Assembly: GCA_964493915.1 (NCBI GenBank)
Contig: CAZBQH010000200.1
Span: 12,182 to 76,181 of the forward strand
Direction of reading: 5' to 3'
DNA: 64,000 bases
Source of the DNA: an uncultured Nitrospiraceae bacterium
GTDB lineage: Bacteria > Hydrogenedentota > Hydrogenedentia > Hydrogenedentales > SLHB01
Positions within the stretch are counted from its first letter, which is position 1, and every line of letters begins with the position of its first letter. Positions 28,540-37,513 of this stretch are shown here, one piece after another. Position numbers and translations under genes: made by a program. The notes beneath the pieces are model-generated. The model searched no databases, had not been told where the DNA came from, and was given only the letters and a program-made list of their open reading frames with translations.

Positions 28540-29946
28540 CTATCCGCGTGCAGCCATATCGCTGCAACCGGGAGCATCGGCCTGGTTGTCGGCCAGTTTG
28601 ACGAGCCAGTCAGGGTATCCGCCTTTCGCGTCGCTTTCCGCTACCTTGAACAACGAGCGTGCCACGTCCGGATGCTCGTTAGCGACATTGCGGACGAAGG
28701 GATCTGCGGCCTGCAAATCGTACAGAAGAATGCCGGTCCCATTGACCTTGCTGTTAAACCACCAGCGGTCGGTGACAACAGTCGGGGTCGAACCCCAGCC
28801 GATGGTTACGTGGTCGCGCGGACCCGGCTTGCCGCTCAGAGCGTAATCGAGGAACGAGGCGCCGTCCATTTCAGGCGGGATTGTTGCGCCGGCGGCGTCG
28901 AGGATGGTCGCCGTGATGTCCGTGTGCTGGACAAAGGCGTCGCAGGTCTTGCCGGCATGTTCCGCCTTGGGGAACCGGAGCATGAGGCACGTATCGTAGA
29001 CCTCCGGCATCGAGGGATACCCCCGCTTGCCCATGTAGTGGCGGTCGCCAATGCTATGGCCGTGGTCGCTGGCGAAGATGACAAGCGTGTTGTCCAGCAA
29101 GCCAAGAACGCGCATGGACTCCATGAAATAACCAAACCACCGGTCACATTGCGACACTGAGCCGCAGTAGTTGGCCTGAGTCCGTTTCAGCAGAGACGGG
29201 TCGAGTCCCGACACATCTGCATAGCTTGATTTCACCTGTTCCTGACCCTCCTCCGGCAGATACATCTTACGATAGTGGGAAGGTATGAGCCATGGCTCGT
29301 GGGGGTCAAAGGACTCGACTGTTAGGAAGAACCTGTCGGCGTCCTGATTCTGTTCAAGCCAGCGGGCCGCCTCGCGCAAGACGCGCGGGGAGAAGTAGTC
29401 GGCCTCCTCGTGGCGGTCGCGAATATTCGTGATGCAACGCTGGATAAACTCAATGGTCGCCTCATTCTGCAGTTCTCTCGGCAGCCAGTAGTCGAGTTCT
29501 TCCTGGGTGAGTCGCGGACCCGAGAGATAGGGGTCGTTTTCCTGGCCCCGCAAAAAGGTCCACTGGTGGAACCCACGCGTATAGTTTTTCGACGGCTTGA
29601 ACATGTGGTAGAGGTCGGCGATAAGACCTGTCCGGTAACCCGCTTCGCTGAGGAGTTCGGCCAGAGTCGGCTGCTCCTCGGGAATTGGCCCCCAAGCCGG
29701 CGCCCCGACAAAGTCGCCTTTAAGCCGGAAATCGCTGTTGTGGAAGGGGTAGCACCGTCTGCCTGTATAAAGGGCCCGCCGCGCCGGCAAAGTCGGGAGC
29801 GACTCCGGATAGGCCCGGGTCATAATCAGCGATTCTTTGGCAAAGGCGTCGAAGTGAGGAGTCTTGAGGGGCCACCAGGGGGCGGGGCCATACGCGTTCA
29901 TGCAATCCTTACGCAGCGAGTCAAATACGACGAGGACGATGTTCAT
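28540..29946 (-). CDS. sulfatase-like hydrolase/transferase (alkaline-phosphatase superfamily), cytoplasmic, Thr at nucleophile position
   Basis: 468 aa. Metal-binding N-terminus VVFDSLRKD. The sulfatase signature region reads TLPARRALYTGR, i.e. T-x-P-x-R instead of C/S-x-P-x-R. No signal peptide; the RBS AAAGGGGAAAA lies upstream. Confidence 0.7.
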   Translation of the reverse strand: MNIVLVVFDSLRKDCMNAYGPAPWWPLKTPHFDAFAKESLIMTRAYPESLPTLPARRALYTGRRCYPFHNSDFRLKGDFVGAPAWGPIPEEQPTLAELLSEAGYRTGLIADLYHMFKPSKNYTRGFHQWTFLRGQENDPYLSGPRLTQEELDYWLPRELQNEATIEFIQRCITNIRDRHEEADYFSPRVLREAARWLEQNQDADRFFLTVESFDPHEPWLIPSHYRKMYLPEEGQEQVKSSYADVSGLDPSLLKRTQANYCGSVSQCDRWFGYFMESMRVLGLLDNTLVIFASDHGHSIGDRHYMGKRGYPSMPEVYDTCLMLRFPKAEHAGKTCDAFVQHTDITATILDAAGATIPPEMDGASFLDYALSGKPGPRDHVTIGWGSTPTVVTDRWWFNSKVNGTGILLYDLQAADPFVRNVANEHPDVARSLFKVAESDAKGGYPDWLVKLADNQADAPGCSDMAARG

Positions 29947-30005
29947 TGTGGTTTTCCCCTTTTCGTTTGTGTTGCGACATTGTGCCCAATTGTAGCAACC
30001 CGCGT

Positions 30006-32468
30006 CTAGGATTGGTAGAGTGCGAAGAGGACTCCCTCGCCTGGTCCCGTGCGAACGGGGAAGGTCGTAAAGACGCCGTCGAATGTCCCCGGGACCGTTA
30101 CGGCGCTGCCTATGCTCAGGTCGAGGATGCGAGGCCAGTGGCCGCGCACGCTTACGGAGGTGAGACCCGGCTTTTTCAACTCGAGGCTGGTGACGAAGAG
30201 CAGCAGATTGCCGTCCGGCGCTTTGCGCAAGACCAGTTCGTGATCTTGTGATGGCGAGTAGACCGCTCGAGCCGGATATTCCCGCGCCACAACCCGGCTG
30301 AGCAGGCCGCGGTCGCTGTTAAAAACGTCTTTTTCATAGCGCACGAGCCTCCCTTCGCCGTGCTCGGCCTCGCGGGCTTGCGCCCATAGGATGACCTTGC
30401 CCTTGTCGGCCCGTTGATCAAAGGCGCCCAAGGGTTCGCCGTCTTCATCAATCGTGCCCAGCGCACCCTGCCAGACAAGCGTGCCCCCTGCGGCAACCCA
30501 GTCGAGGAGTTGGGCCGCCAGCCTACGCGGCAGCACCCTAGCAGGGGGCACAACAATGACATGGAAGGCCTCGAGAGGCACTGACCCGTCAACAATGCCC
30601 GCTTCCGGAAGAAACAAGGGGAGCCAGTGGTCGGCGAGAAGCGTACGCGCAATGACGTTTCCCCACCACTGGGTCGATGCAGGATTGTCGTCGCCTAGGA
30701 GGGTTGCCGTCGGCACCAGTACGCCGAGGCCGTCGTTAACAATTTCTGTTGGGTAAACCATTGGTGCGAGCCGGTCCAGTTTTCCCGGCAGATGGCCGAA
30801 TACGCCCGCTGCGAAGCGTGGAAACACCATCCCTGAGGCGCGGTTAAGGATCTCGTTGTTCCAGTCCCCTTCAATGTCCGTGTCCCACAGCCCATCCCAG
30901 ACAAAGAGTTCGAGTGCCCGTTTGCCCCATGCGAACTGACGCCAGATGCCGCTGCGAGCAGCACCCCACAAGGCCTCCTCGCCGGCATCACGGCTGACCC
31001 AGTTCGACCAGATGTATTCCTCGTTCCACAGCGGCTTGTCGGCCCAGTGAGCGACGCTGTAGGTGAAGGCGGTCTCGAAAGCAGGTCCTTGCCCGGGCCA
31101 GTCATGAGTCGAATAGAAATCCCAGTTCGCCTGCGCGAGCAAGAATGGGTCCAACCCATGCCTGGGTCCCAGGAAGGACATGGGGAGGAATTGGGGTACA
31201 ACGGGGTGGTTGGGGTCGGCTGTTTTAAGGATATCGACGAGTTTCGCAAAAAATGCTGCGTGGCTTTCGCACCGGAACCGGTTAAAGTCGCTGCGTGCTG
31301 GAACGCTTGGATTTGGCAATTGGGCTGTACCAGGCAAGACGACCTCGTCGAAGTCCCCGTAATCTGTTTGGTATCGGGTATTGAGAGCAGCGATGGTCCC
31401 GTATTGGGCCCGGAGAGAGTTCTGGAACGCCTCCTTTGCATGCTTGCTATAGCCGCCGGCGTGGCGCGGCAAGGCCTGGCCCTCCGGCGGATTGGCGGGG
31501 GCAAATACGAGATCGGGCTCTTCGAACAATTCATAGCACAGGACGTTTGGATTGGCCACGAAACGTTCGCCGATACCTCGTAAAAAAGACTCGAGCGCTT
31601 CCACGACGGCCGGATGCCAAAAGTTGGCGTTGTTGTGAATGCGTGAGCGTGAGTAGTATGTGCCGTCTGCCGCGTGCAGGTAGACCTCGGGTCCATGTTG
31701 CCGCTCCAGTGCTGTGATGACGTCGTCGGGTTCGATCCAGATGCTCGTCTTGAAGCCTTCCAGTGCATTCCGTGCGACCAGCGCCTCAATGCGCGACACC
31801 CGGTCGGCGATCACCTCGTTTACAGAGCCGGAAGGGACGTGCCCTCGATAGCCCCACGCGCCTACCCAAGGGCAGACAGCATCAAACCCAAAGGCTCGGA
31901 GCAAATCCCAGTCGCCGTCGCCGTTGTAGAAGTCCAGTTTGCCGGAGATGATGACCGGAAAAACCTGGAAATGAGCCGCAAGCGACCTTGTTGGAGCAAT
32001 TCCTTTCGTCCGCTTATCCGGCACTGTCTCTGCCTCGGGCGAGACGGGCAGCAAGCTTGCTCCTCTATCCCGGTCCGCTCTCGTACGGGCAACAGCAACG
32101 GGCAATTGCTCAATTGCCATCTGCAATCGTTTCTCTTGAGATGGTTCAAAGACTGCCGGCGCATCGCAGTCCGTATCGAGGATTTTCGAGATTGCTTTCT
32201 CTGTCTGCCGGGCTTGGTCGAGACCCTGCTCGAAGTCAGAGTCAAAGCGACTGCTCCACTTGAGGTAAATAGACAACCGTTCTATCTGGTCCACCAGGTC
32301 CCGCAGTTCAGCAACCTCTATGATCGCCCCGGCGTAGGCTTGGGCACGGGACCGCAGGGCATTGCTGGGAAGTGGGGCCTCGGTTTGAGCATCAGCATCG
32401 TTAGCCGGCGCAAACGTTGTCAACAGCGTTACAAAGAGCAGCCATCCAGCAGTCATGCCGATACTCAT
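30006..32468 (-). CDS. secreted glycoside-hydrolase-like protein (GH42 beta-galactosidase-like catalytic and trimerisation-like regions)
   Basis: The 922-aa track ORF was trimmed to the ATG at 32468 (GGAGGCGCCG ATG; MSIGMTAGWLLFVTLLTTFAPANDADAQ signal peptide), because the upstream part overlaps a small same-strand gene. It has a TIM-barrel-like central region and a C-terminal class-I-glutamine-amidotransferase-like fold, as in GH42 trimerisation domains. Confidence 0.4.
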   Translation of the reverse strand: MSIGMTAGWLLFVTLLTTFAPANDADAQTEAPLPSNALRSRAQAYAGAIIEVAELRDLVDQIERLSIYLKWSSRFDSDFEQGLDQARQTEKAISKILDTDCDAPAVFEPSQEKRLQMAIEQLPVAVARTRADRDRGASLLPVSPEAETVPDKRTKGIAPTRSLAAHFQVFPVIISGKLDFYNGDGDWDLLRAFGFDAVCPWVGAWGYRGHVPSGSVNEVIADRVSRIEALVARNALEGFKTSIWIEPDDVITALERQHGPEVYLHAADGTYYSRSRIHNNANFWHPAVVEALESFLRGIGERFVANPNVLCYELFEEPDLVFAPANPPEGQALPRHAGGYSKHAKEAFQNSLRAQYGTIAALNTRYQTDYGDFDEVVLPGTAQLPNPSVPARSDFNRFRCESHAAFFAKLVDILKTADPNHPVVPQFLPMSFLGPRHGLDPFLLAQANWDFYSTHDWPGQGPAFETAFTYSVAHWADKPLWNEEYIWSNWVSRDAGEEALWGAARSGIWRQFAWGKRALELFVWDGLWDTDIEGDWNNEILNRASGMVFPRFAAGVFGHLPGKLDRLAPMVYPTEIVNDGLGVLVPTATLLGDDNPASTQWWGNVIARTLLADHWLPLFLPEAGIVDGSVPLEAFHVIVVPPARVLPRRLAAQLLDWVAAGGTLVWQGALGTIDEDGEPLGAFDQRADKGKVILWAQAREAEHGEGRLVRYEKDVFNSDRGLLSRVVAREYPARAVYSPSQDHELVLRKAPDGNLLLFVTSLELKKPGLTSVSVRGHWPRILDLSIGSAVTVPGTFDGVFTTFPVRTGPGEGVLFALYQS

Positions 32469-32666
32469 CGGCGCCTCCAGGGAACGAGGGCCGTCTTTTG
32501 CGGAGCGTAAAGCTCCTTGGGCGCCCAGCCGGGGCTGGCGTTCAAGCTCGAGTTGATAGGTGGTCGGTCTGAATCTTCCCGATGCAGTACAGGCAACAGC
32601 CGTCCCCTCAAGGCTATGGACGGATCTCTTTTCCTCTTCGCGTAGAGTAGAGGAAACTGGATGCGG

Positions 32667-32704
32667 GCAAAACACGGCGCGTAACGCACGGACCCATGGC
32701 GTTA
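32667..32704 (-). terminator. putative intrinsic terminator of the entericidin-like gene
   Basis: Stem GTAACGC (32680-32686) pairs with GCGTTAC (32698-32704, overlapping the stop) across an 11-nt loop. Downstream on the minus strand is GUGUUUUG (32667-32674). Confidence 0.3.
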
Positions 32705-32842
32705 CTGGGTTACATCTTGGAGCTTCTCGCCGCCGCGTTCGATGTCTTTTCCCATGCCGCGGATTGTGTGGCACCCTCCAATGCTGACAACCACCATCAC
32801 TAGCGCCACAGCAATCAGGACAATCTTCTTAACTCCACGCAT
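32702..32842 (-). CDS. entericidin EcnA/EcnB-family small lipoprotein
   Basis: Absent from the ORF track (46 aa). The reverse-complement reads AGGAGG-9 nt-ATG…: MRGVKKIVLIAVALVMVVVSIGGCHTIRGMGKDIERGGEKLQDVTQ*. This gives a lipobox (SIGG-C) followed by the entericidin-like NT-RG-G-DI-G motif. Confidence 0.55.
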   Translation of the reverse strand: MRGVKKIVLIAVALVMVVVSIGGCHTIRGMGKDIERGGEKLQDVTQ

Positions 32843-32877
32843 TTCCTTGCATCCTCCTAACGACCATGGGCGGAGAG

Positions 32878-32905
32878 TCTATACTGAGCCTCGAGACAAG
32901 GTCAA
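32878..32905 (-). promoter_or_regulatory. sigma70-like promoter candidate for the entericidin-like gene (TTGACC-16 nt-TATAGA)
   Basis: On the minus strand, TTGACC is at complement(32900..32905) and TATAGA at complement(32878..32883), about 35 nt upstream of the ecn ATG. Confidence 0.3.
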
Positions 32906-33042
32906 GATACCTCGGATGTTCCCGTTGGCCGTCCGGTTTTGTAAGACCTTGCAGGGCAAGGATATCCGTGCGACAGGGCTAGAACCCTCTCGCTGCCTCT
33001 TTGTCCAGCTGGCCAGTTACGGCCTCCGTTCCGTGGCCAGCA

Positions 33043-33786
33043 TCAGTAATGCCGTCGCGTGTCCCAACGGCGTTGCAGGCGTGAAACGTCGCTGTATGGG
33101 TCTGGGGGTCTTGGCTTCGAGACGAAGAAGCGGTGCGTGAGAGCGCCGAAAGCGAATCCTCCGATGTGGGCCCACCAGGCGATACCTCCGCCCTCTTGGG
33201 GCGACATCAAAGACAACGATCCGCTGATGAATTGGGAGAAAAACCAAATCAGGATGAAAACAAGCGCAGACAGCTCAAAAAACACGGGGAAAAACAGGAT
33301 TGGGACGACGCAAATGACCTGTGCCCGGGGATAGAGAAAGAGGTAAGCTGCCAGAACGCCAGCGATGGCGCCTGATGCGCCGATCGCCGGCACGGTCGAC
33401 AAGGGAGTTGATATCATGTGGATGATGCCTGAAGCGATGCCGCACAGCAAGTAAAACAATAGGAACCGCAACGGCCCCATGCGATCCTCCACGTTGTCGC
33501 CGAATATCCACAAGGTCCACATATTTGCGATGATGTGAAACCAGCCTCCGTGGAGGAACATGCTCGTCAGAAAGGGCCAGTAATCATCGGCGGGAAAGCC
33601 GGCCCACACAGCCCAGTCCGGGTGAACATACCGTTTGGGCACGATCCCAAAAAAGTGCACAAGGCGAAGGAGTCTTTCCTGCGGAAGACCCAATTGGAAC
33701 ACAAACATAAATATGTTGACGCCGATCAGCGCCCACATAGCGACAGGCAGCCGCCGGCTCGGCACATTGTCGCGAATTGGAAACAT
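33043..33786 (-). CDS. rhomboid family intramembrane serine protease
   Basis: 247 aa. MFPIRDNVP start, GlpG-like core with the GASGAIAG catalytic Ser motif and a downstream AHIGGFAFG His. Six to seven TM segments. Confidence 0.8.
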   Translation of the reverse strand: MFPIRDNVPSRRLPVAMWALIGVNIFMFVFQLGLPQERLLRLVHFFGIVPKRYVHPDWAVWAGFPADDYWPFLTSMFLHGGWFHIIANMWTLWIFGDNVEDRMGPLRFLLFYLLCGIASGIIHMISTPLSTVPAIGASGAIAGVLAAYLFLYPRAQVICVVPILFFPVFFELSALVFILIWFFSQFISGSLSLMSPQEGGGIAWWAHIGGFAFGALTHRFFVSKPRPPDPYSDVSRLQRRWDTRRHY

Positions 33787-33831
33787 AACCTACTCCCGGC
33801 CTCGTCAAGGTTCTTATGTTGCAGTGCGCTG

Positions 33832-35490
33832 TTAGAACCCGTAGGGGCTGCTGCCGCCCGAGCTGTCGCTCGAGCCGCCGTATGTTCCGTACCCCCCGCC
33901 CTCGCTGTAGTCCGGGAGAATCGGCTGGGCGTTCGGATGACGGCTCTCATTCGAGCTTGTGACACGAATGGCGGGTTTGTCTTCGAAAGGGCACTTGTTC
34001 TCGCAGATGCCGCATCCAATGCACAGGGACGGGTCTACATGGGGTTGCTTGACTGTTTTCACGCTGCCATCGCGCATGGGGACCTGCGCCTCGATAAAAT
34101 AGATGGCCTTCGTCGGCAGGGGGCAATGCTCCTCGCAGACAATGCAGTCTCTGCCGTATGCGTAGGGCAGACAACGCGACGTATCAATAGACGCAAGCCC
34201 CAGCTTTACCTTCTGTTTCTCCTCCATGGAAAGGGGCTGGATGGCTTGCGTTGGGCACACTTGGCCGCAGAGGTTGCATTCATACGCACAGTAACCGATC
34301 TGGGGATCGAGACGCGGCGTCCATATGCCTTCAATGCCCGCCTCGAAAAGCGTCGGCTGCAAGCCATTGGTTGGGCAGACCCGCATACACAAACCGCATT
34401 GTATGCAGCGCTGGAGAAACTCGCGCTCTCCCCGTGCGCCAGGCGGGCGGATTAAATCCTTGTTGTAAGTTCGGGCTTGGGCTTGCGGGCTCAGCCGAAA
34501 AGCGAGCAGCGCTGCCAATCCCCCTGCCCCCGACGCGAGCATTGCGCGTTTTCCGAGGTCGAGCTTTGCTTTCGTGGGCGACTTAAACGGCGACCCGAAA
34601 CCAAAAGCCAACCCTTTCTCCGGGCAAGACGGCACGCAGTTCCAGCACATAAAGCATTCGGACGGCTGCCATTTGCCAGGCTTTTCCGGGGATGCTGCAC
34701 CTTGGCAAACGGCGGCGCACTCCCGGCATCCCGTGCAGGCGCCTTCGCCAGGCTTCAACCGAAGTACGGGGCGTCTGGCGACAAGACCCAGCAATGCCCC
34801 CAGGGGACAGATGTATCGGCACCAGAACCGCCTGCGAACAAGGTTCAACCCAAGTATGCCGATGAATACGCCGGCAACCAGCAGCGCGTTGCGAAAGGCT
34901 TGTCCCTTGACTGCAAACACCTGCTCGCGGAAAAAGCCATAGACCGGCTCCGTGATCGAGGTAATGTGAAAAGGTCCGATTGCTGGGTCCGATTGAAACA
35001 CGGCAGTGGACCCGTCTTCAATGGCGTACTGTGCAGCCGGGAGCACAAAGAACGTTAAGCTGCGATAGGTCAACGAAATGGGATCAAGCACCCCAAACCA
35101 ATGGACCCCGAAGACCGCCATCACGAGCAACGCCACGAGTAGATAGTACTTGGCTCTTTGCCACTTCGAGAAACGCTCGATTCGCCGCCGCCGGAACCAG
35201 CTCATCATGGTGTTCAGCGTGCCGAGAGGGCAGACCCACCCGCAGAACACCCGGCCGAACAGAGCGGTAACGGCCAAAGTCAGCACAGCGAGCAGCGCCC
35301 CTATTGCCACGGTGTGGGCCGATAGCAGCGTTCCCAGCACGATGAGGGGGTCCGCGTCGAAGAAAAGCTGCATCCCGCGGCTGGCTGTAGTGGAATCGTT
35401 CCTTGCTGCCCCTACGACAAGCCAGAAGAACAACAGGAGGAAGCTCCCTTGGACGAGGCGCCGAATCCATCTTATCCAGACTGGGCTCAC
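33832..35490 (-). CDS. NapH/MauN/NosR-type membrane polyferredoxin (4Fe-4S)
   Basis: 552 aa. Several N-terminal TM helices carry the two CxxxCP motifs typical of NapH-type proteins (FCGWVCPLG, CRYICPLG). The C-terminal half carries at least four CxxCxxCxxxCP ferredoxin motifs and a Gly/Ser-rich tail. Confidence 0.75.
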   Translation of the reverse strand: MSPVWIRWIRRLVQGSFLLLFFWLVVGAARNDSTTASRGMQLFFDADPLIVLGTLLSAHTVAIGALLAVLTLAVTALFGRVFCGWVCPLGTLNTMMSWFRRRRIERFSKWQRAKYYLLVALLVMAVFGVHWFGVLDPISLTYRSLTFFVLPAAQYAIEDGSTAVFQSDPAIGPFHITSITEPVYGFFREQVFAVKGQAFRNALLVAGVFIGILGLNLVRRRFWCRYICPLGALLGLVARRPVLRLKPGEGACTGCRECAAVCQGAASPEKPGKWQPSECFMCWNCVPSCPEKGLAFGFGSPFKSPTKAKLDLGKRAMLASGAGGLAALLAFRLSPQAQARTYNKDLIRPPGARGEREFLQRCIQCGLCMRVCPTNGLQPTLFEAGIEGIWTPRLDPQIGYCAYECNLCGQVCPTQAIQPLSMEEKQKVKLGLASIDTSRCLPYAYGRDCIVCEEHCPLPTKAIYFIEAQVPMRDGSVKTVKQPHVDPSLCIGCGICENKCPFEDKPAIRVTSSNESRHPNAQPILPDYSEGGGYGTYGGSSDSSGGSSPYGF

Positions 35491-36425
35491 GCGAGCGCGA
35501 TTTCCTTATAGCGAAGCTTCTTGTAATCGATTTGGCCAAGCCCTGCATTGTGACCGGACACGATGGTTCCGATTTCCTGAGGGTTGTAGCCCAAAAGAGA
35601 CGCGCCGAAGGCGTCGAGCGCGACGATATCCGTCCCTGCAACGACCGTATCCGCTCGTTTCACATCGGCCAGGTTGCCTCCTGTGGGGCCGTTGGCCGTC
35701 AACAGCCGGATGGCGTCAAGCACACAGAGTCTTGGCTTCATGAACAGCGAGATATCTGTAATAGTGGTGGGGAGATCCTGGTGGAATTTCGCCCGGTTGT
35801 CGACAACGCCCATGTAGTTTTTCATACACAGCGTAACCGTTGTGGCGCTGTGATGTTTGGCAATAGGCACGTTGATCACCAGGTCACAGTCCGTGATCTC
35901 CGTGTAGACAGGGATTGATTTGAGGCCCTTGCCGCCGATCTCGGTCTCGCGGAAGCGGCTCGGGTCGATATAGACCACCTCGGCGCCGGCCTCTTTTGCA
36001 GCCTGCTCGATACCGCTACGGGGGTAGGTTTTTGTAATCTCATTGCAGGGGTGATCGCCGACCTTCACGTTTTTGGCACCCGCCTTGTAGCACAGCTCGA
36101 CAAGTGCTGCAACAACGGCCGGGTTGGTCGTGGCCGCTTGTTCAGGTCTGCGATCCCACGCAATGTTCGGCTTCACCCAGACCACGTCGCCCTGGTTTAC
36201 GAAACGCTTCATCCCGCCCAGCGCGTCCATCGCCGCTACGGTCAGCTTCCGGGCCATCTCGGCGACGCCCTCATCTTCTACAGATGCGCCTTTCCAACGG
36301 CAAACGGCCATGTCAAGGGGCGCATCTACTGCTTCCTGAGCGGATACGGCCTGACTGGCCAGAGTCATTGCACCGCTCGCCGCGACCGTCTGTTTGAGGA
36401 AATCCCGTCGTGTTTTCCTGGACAT
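35487..36425 (-). CDS. Tat-exported DUF362 domain protein
   Basis: 312 aa. Twin-arginine signal MSRKTRRDFLKQTVAASGAMTLASQAVSAQE. The remainder resembles DUF362, which is often found beside ferredoxins. It overlaps the polyferredoxin start by 4 nt. Confidence 0.6.
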   Translation of the reverse strand: MSRKTRRDFLKQTVAASGAMTLASQAVSAQEAVDAPLDMAVCRWKGASVEDEGVAEMARKLTVAAMDALGGMKRFVNQGDVVWVKPNIAWDRRPEQAATTNPAVVAALVELCYKAGAKNVKVGDHPCNEITKTYPRSGIEQAAKEAGAEVVYIDPSRFRETEIGGKGLKSIPVYTEITDCDLVINVPIAKHHSATTVTLCMKNYMGVVDNRAKFHQDLPTTITDISLFMKPRLCVLDAIRLLTANGPTGGNLADVKRADTVVAGTDIVALDAFGASLLGYNPQEIGTIVSGHNAGLGQIDYKKLRYKEIALA

Positions 36426-36568
36426 CTGGCGTCTCCCATTTCCTTGTAGTTCAGGAGGTTAATCCCGAGCCTTCTTCTTTCTCGAGGGAAGAATACAGTT
36501 CTCCCTCCTGACCAGCGCCCGTATAAATGCGCGTTGCCCTTACCTTCCACTTACCCATATTCTAACCC

Positions 36569-37513
36569 ATGCCCAGGGGGCCGTTTCAAGGGCGGCAGAA
36601 CAGGCAACAGGCAGGATCTCAATTCTTGTTGCGCAAATCAACTTGGCGGCCTGCTTTGCTCGGTGCGGTTGCGCAAACGCTTACTGGCGCGCCGCTGCAA
36701 CCACATGCTATCGTCGTGAATGGGAATGCAACGACCTTGACACCCTACGTAAGCATACACAACGGCCGACAGACCGCGCTGGTGCACCATTCATACGCGG
36801 AACACGTCGCGGCCGCTTTCTTTGAAGGAAAAGCATGCATTCCCGTGCGCAAGGGCGGGCGCAATGCCCTTGTTTTTCGATTTCCACTCGGCAGCGGCGA
36901 AACCGGGATTATCCGGACGTGCAGACGGGGCGGGCTCGTGCGCCGTTTGTTCAAAGACGCCTACCCTTTTTCTAACCGCCCCTTGCGCGAGTTCCGCGTT
37001 CACCTCTATGCCTATAGCAGGAAACTGCCCGTTCCTGAACCCTTGGGCGTCTTCTGGGAGCGAAAAGGGATCGCATTCCGAGGCGCCGTTGCCACCCGGG
37101 AGATCGAGGCAGTAACCTTGTTTACTGCTCTTAAGCGTCTGCAGAGCAACGCCGGCCGTTTCGAGCCGCTGCTCATTCACGCTGGACGCGCTGTCCGCCA
37201 CATGCACGAGCTTGGCATCTGTCACGCCGACCTTCAGCTTGGCAACATTCTCGTTACGCACACCGGGATCCATCTTATCGACCTCGACAAGGCCCGCGTT
37301 TTCCCGAAACTCTCGACACTGCGTCGGGCGCGCAACCTCTTGCGTTTGCGCCGATCGCTCGGGAAAAACGGTTTCCCGCCGGAGCTTTTTGAGCGCATTC
37401 TCGACGGTTACGGTGCCGATGTCATTCCTCATTGGCTCGATGTGGCCTATCGCGTTAAGGGCATGCTCTCCGACGGCATCACAAGGCGGAAACGGAGGCG
37501 GAATGGTCGATGA
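36569..37513 (+). CDS. lipopolysaccharide kinase (Kdo/WaaP/InaA) family protein
   Basis: Catalytic loop HADLQLGNILV and DLDKAR. The N-terminal 50 aa of the track ORF look non-coding, so the likely true start is an internal GTG at 36716. Its stop overlaps the next paralog's start. Confidence 0.5.
   Translation: MPRGPFQGRQNRQQAGSQFLLRKSTWRPALLGAVAQTLTGAPLQPHAIVVNGNATTLTPYVSIHNGRQTALVHHSYAEHVAAAFFEGKACIPVRKGGRNALVFRFPLGSGETGIIRTCRRGGLVRRLFKDAYPFSNRPLREFRVHLYAYSRKLPVPEPLGVFWERKGIAFRGAVATREIEAVTLFTALKRLQSNAGRFEPLLIHAGRAVRHMHELGICHADLQLGNILVTHTGIHLIDLDKARVFPKLSTLRRARNLLRLRRSLGKNGFPPELFERILDGYGADVIPHWLDVAYRVKGMLSDGITRRKRRRNGR

Noticed and set aside
30006-32774. Full 922-aa extent of the track ORF
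   Set aside because: The N-terminal 102 residues (MPHNPRHGKRHRTRRRE…) are basic and low-complexity, and they overlap the same-strand entericidin-like gene and its terminator. The GGAGG-ATG at 32468 followed by a signal peptide is a far better start.
32768-32783. TGGCAC-N5-AATGC, a sigma-54-like -24/-12 element
   Set aside because: It lies inside the entericidin-like coding sequence, and the -12 element does not match the TTGCW consensus.
33535-34455. 306-aa plus-strand ORF
   Set aside because: Antisense to the polyferredoxin gene, whose CxxCxxCxxxCP motifs establish the minus-strand frame.
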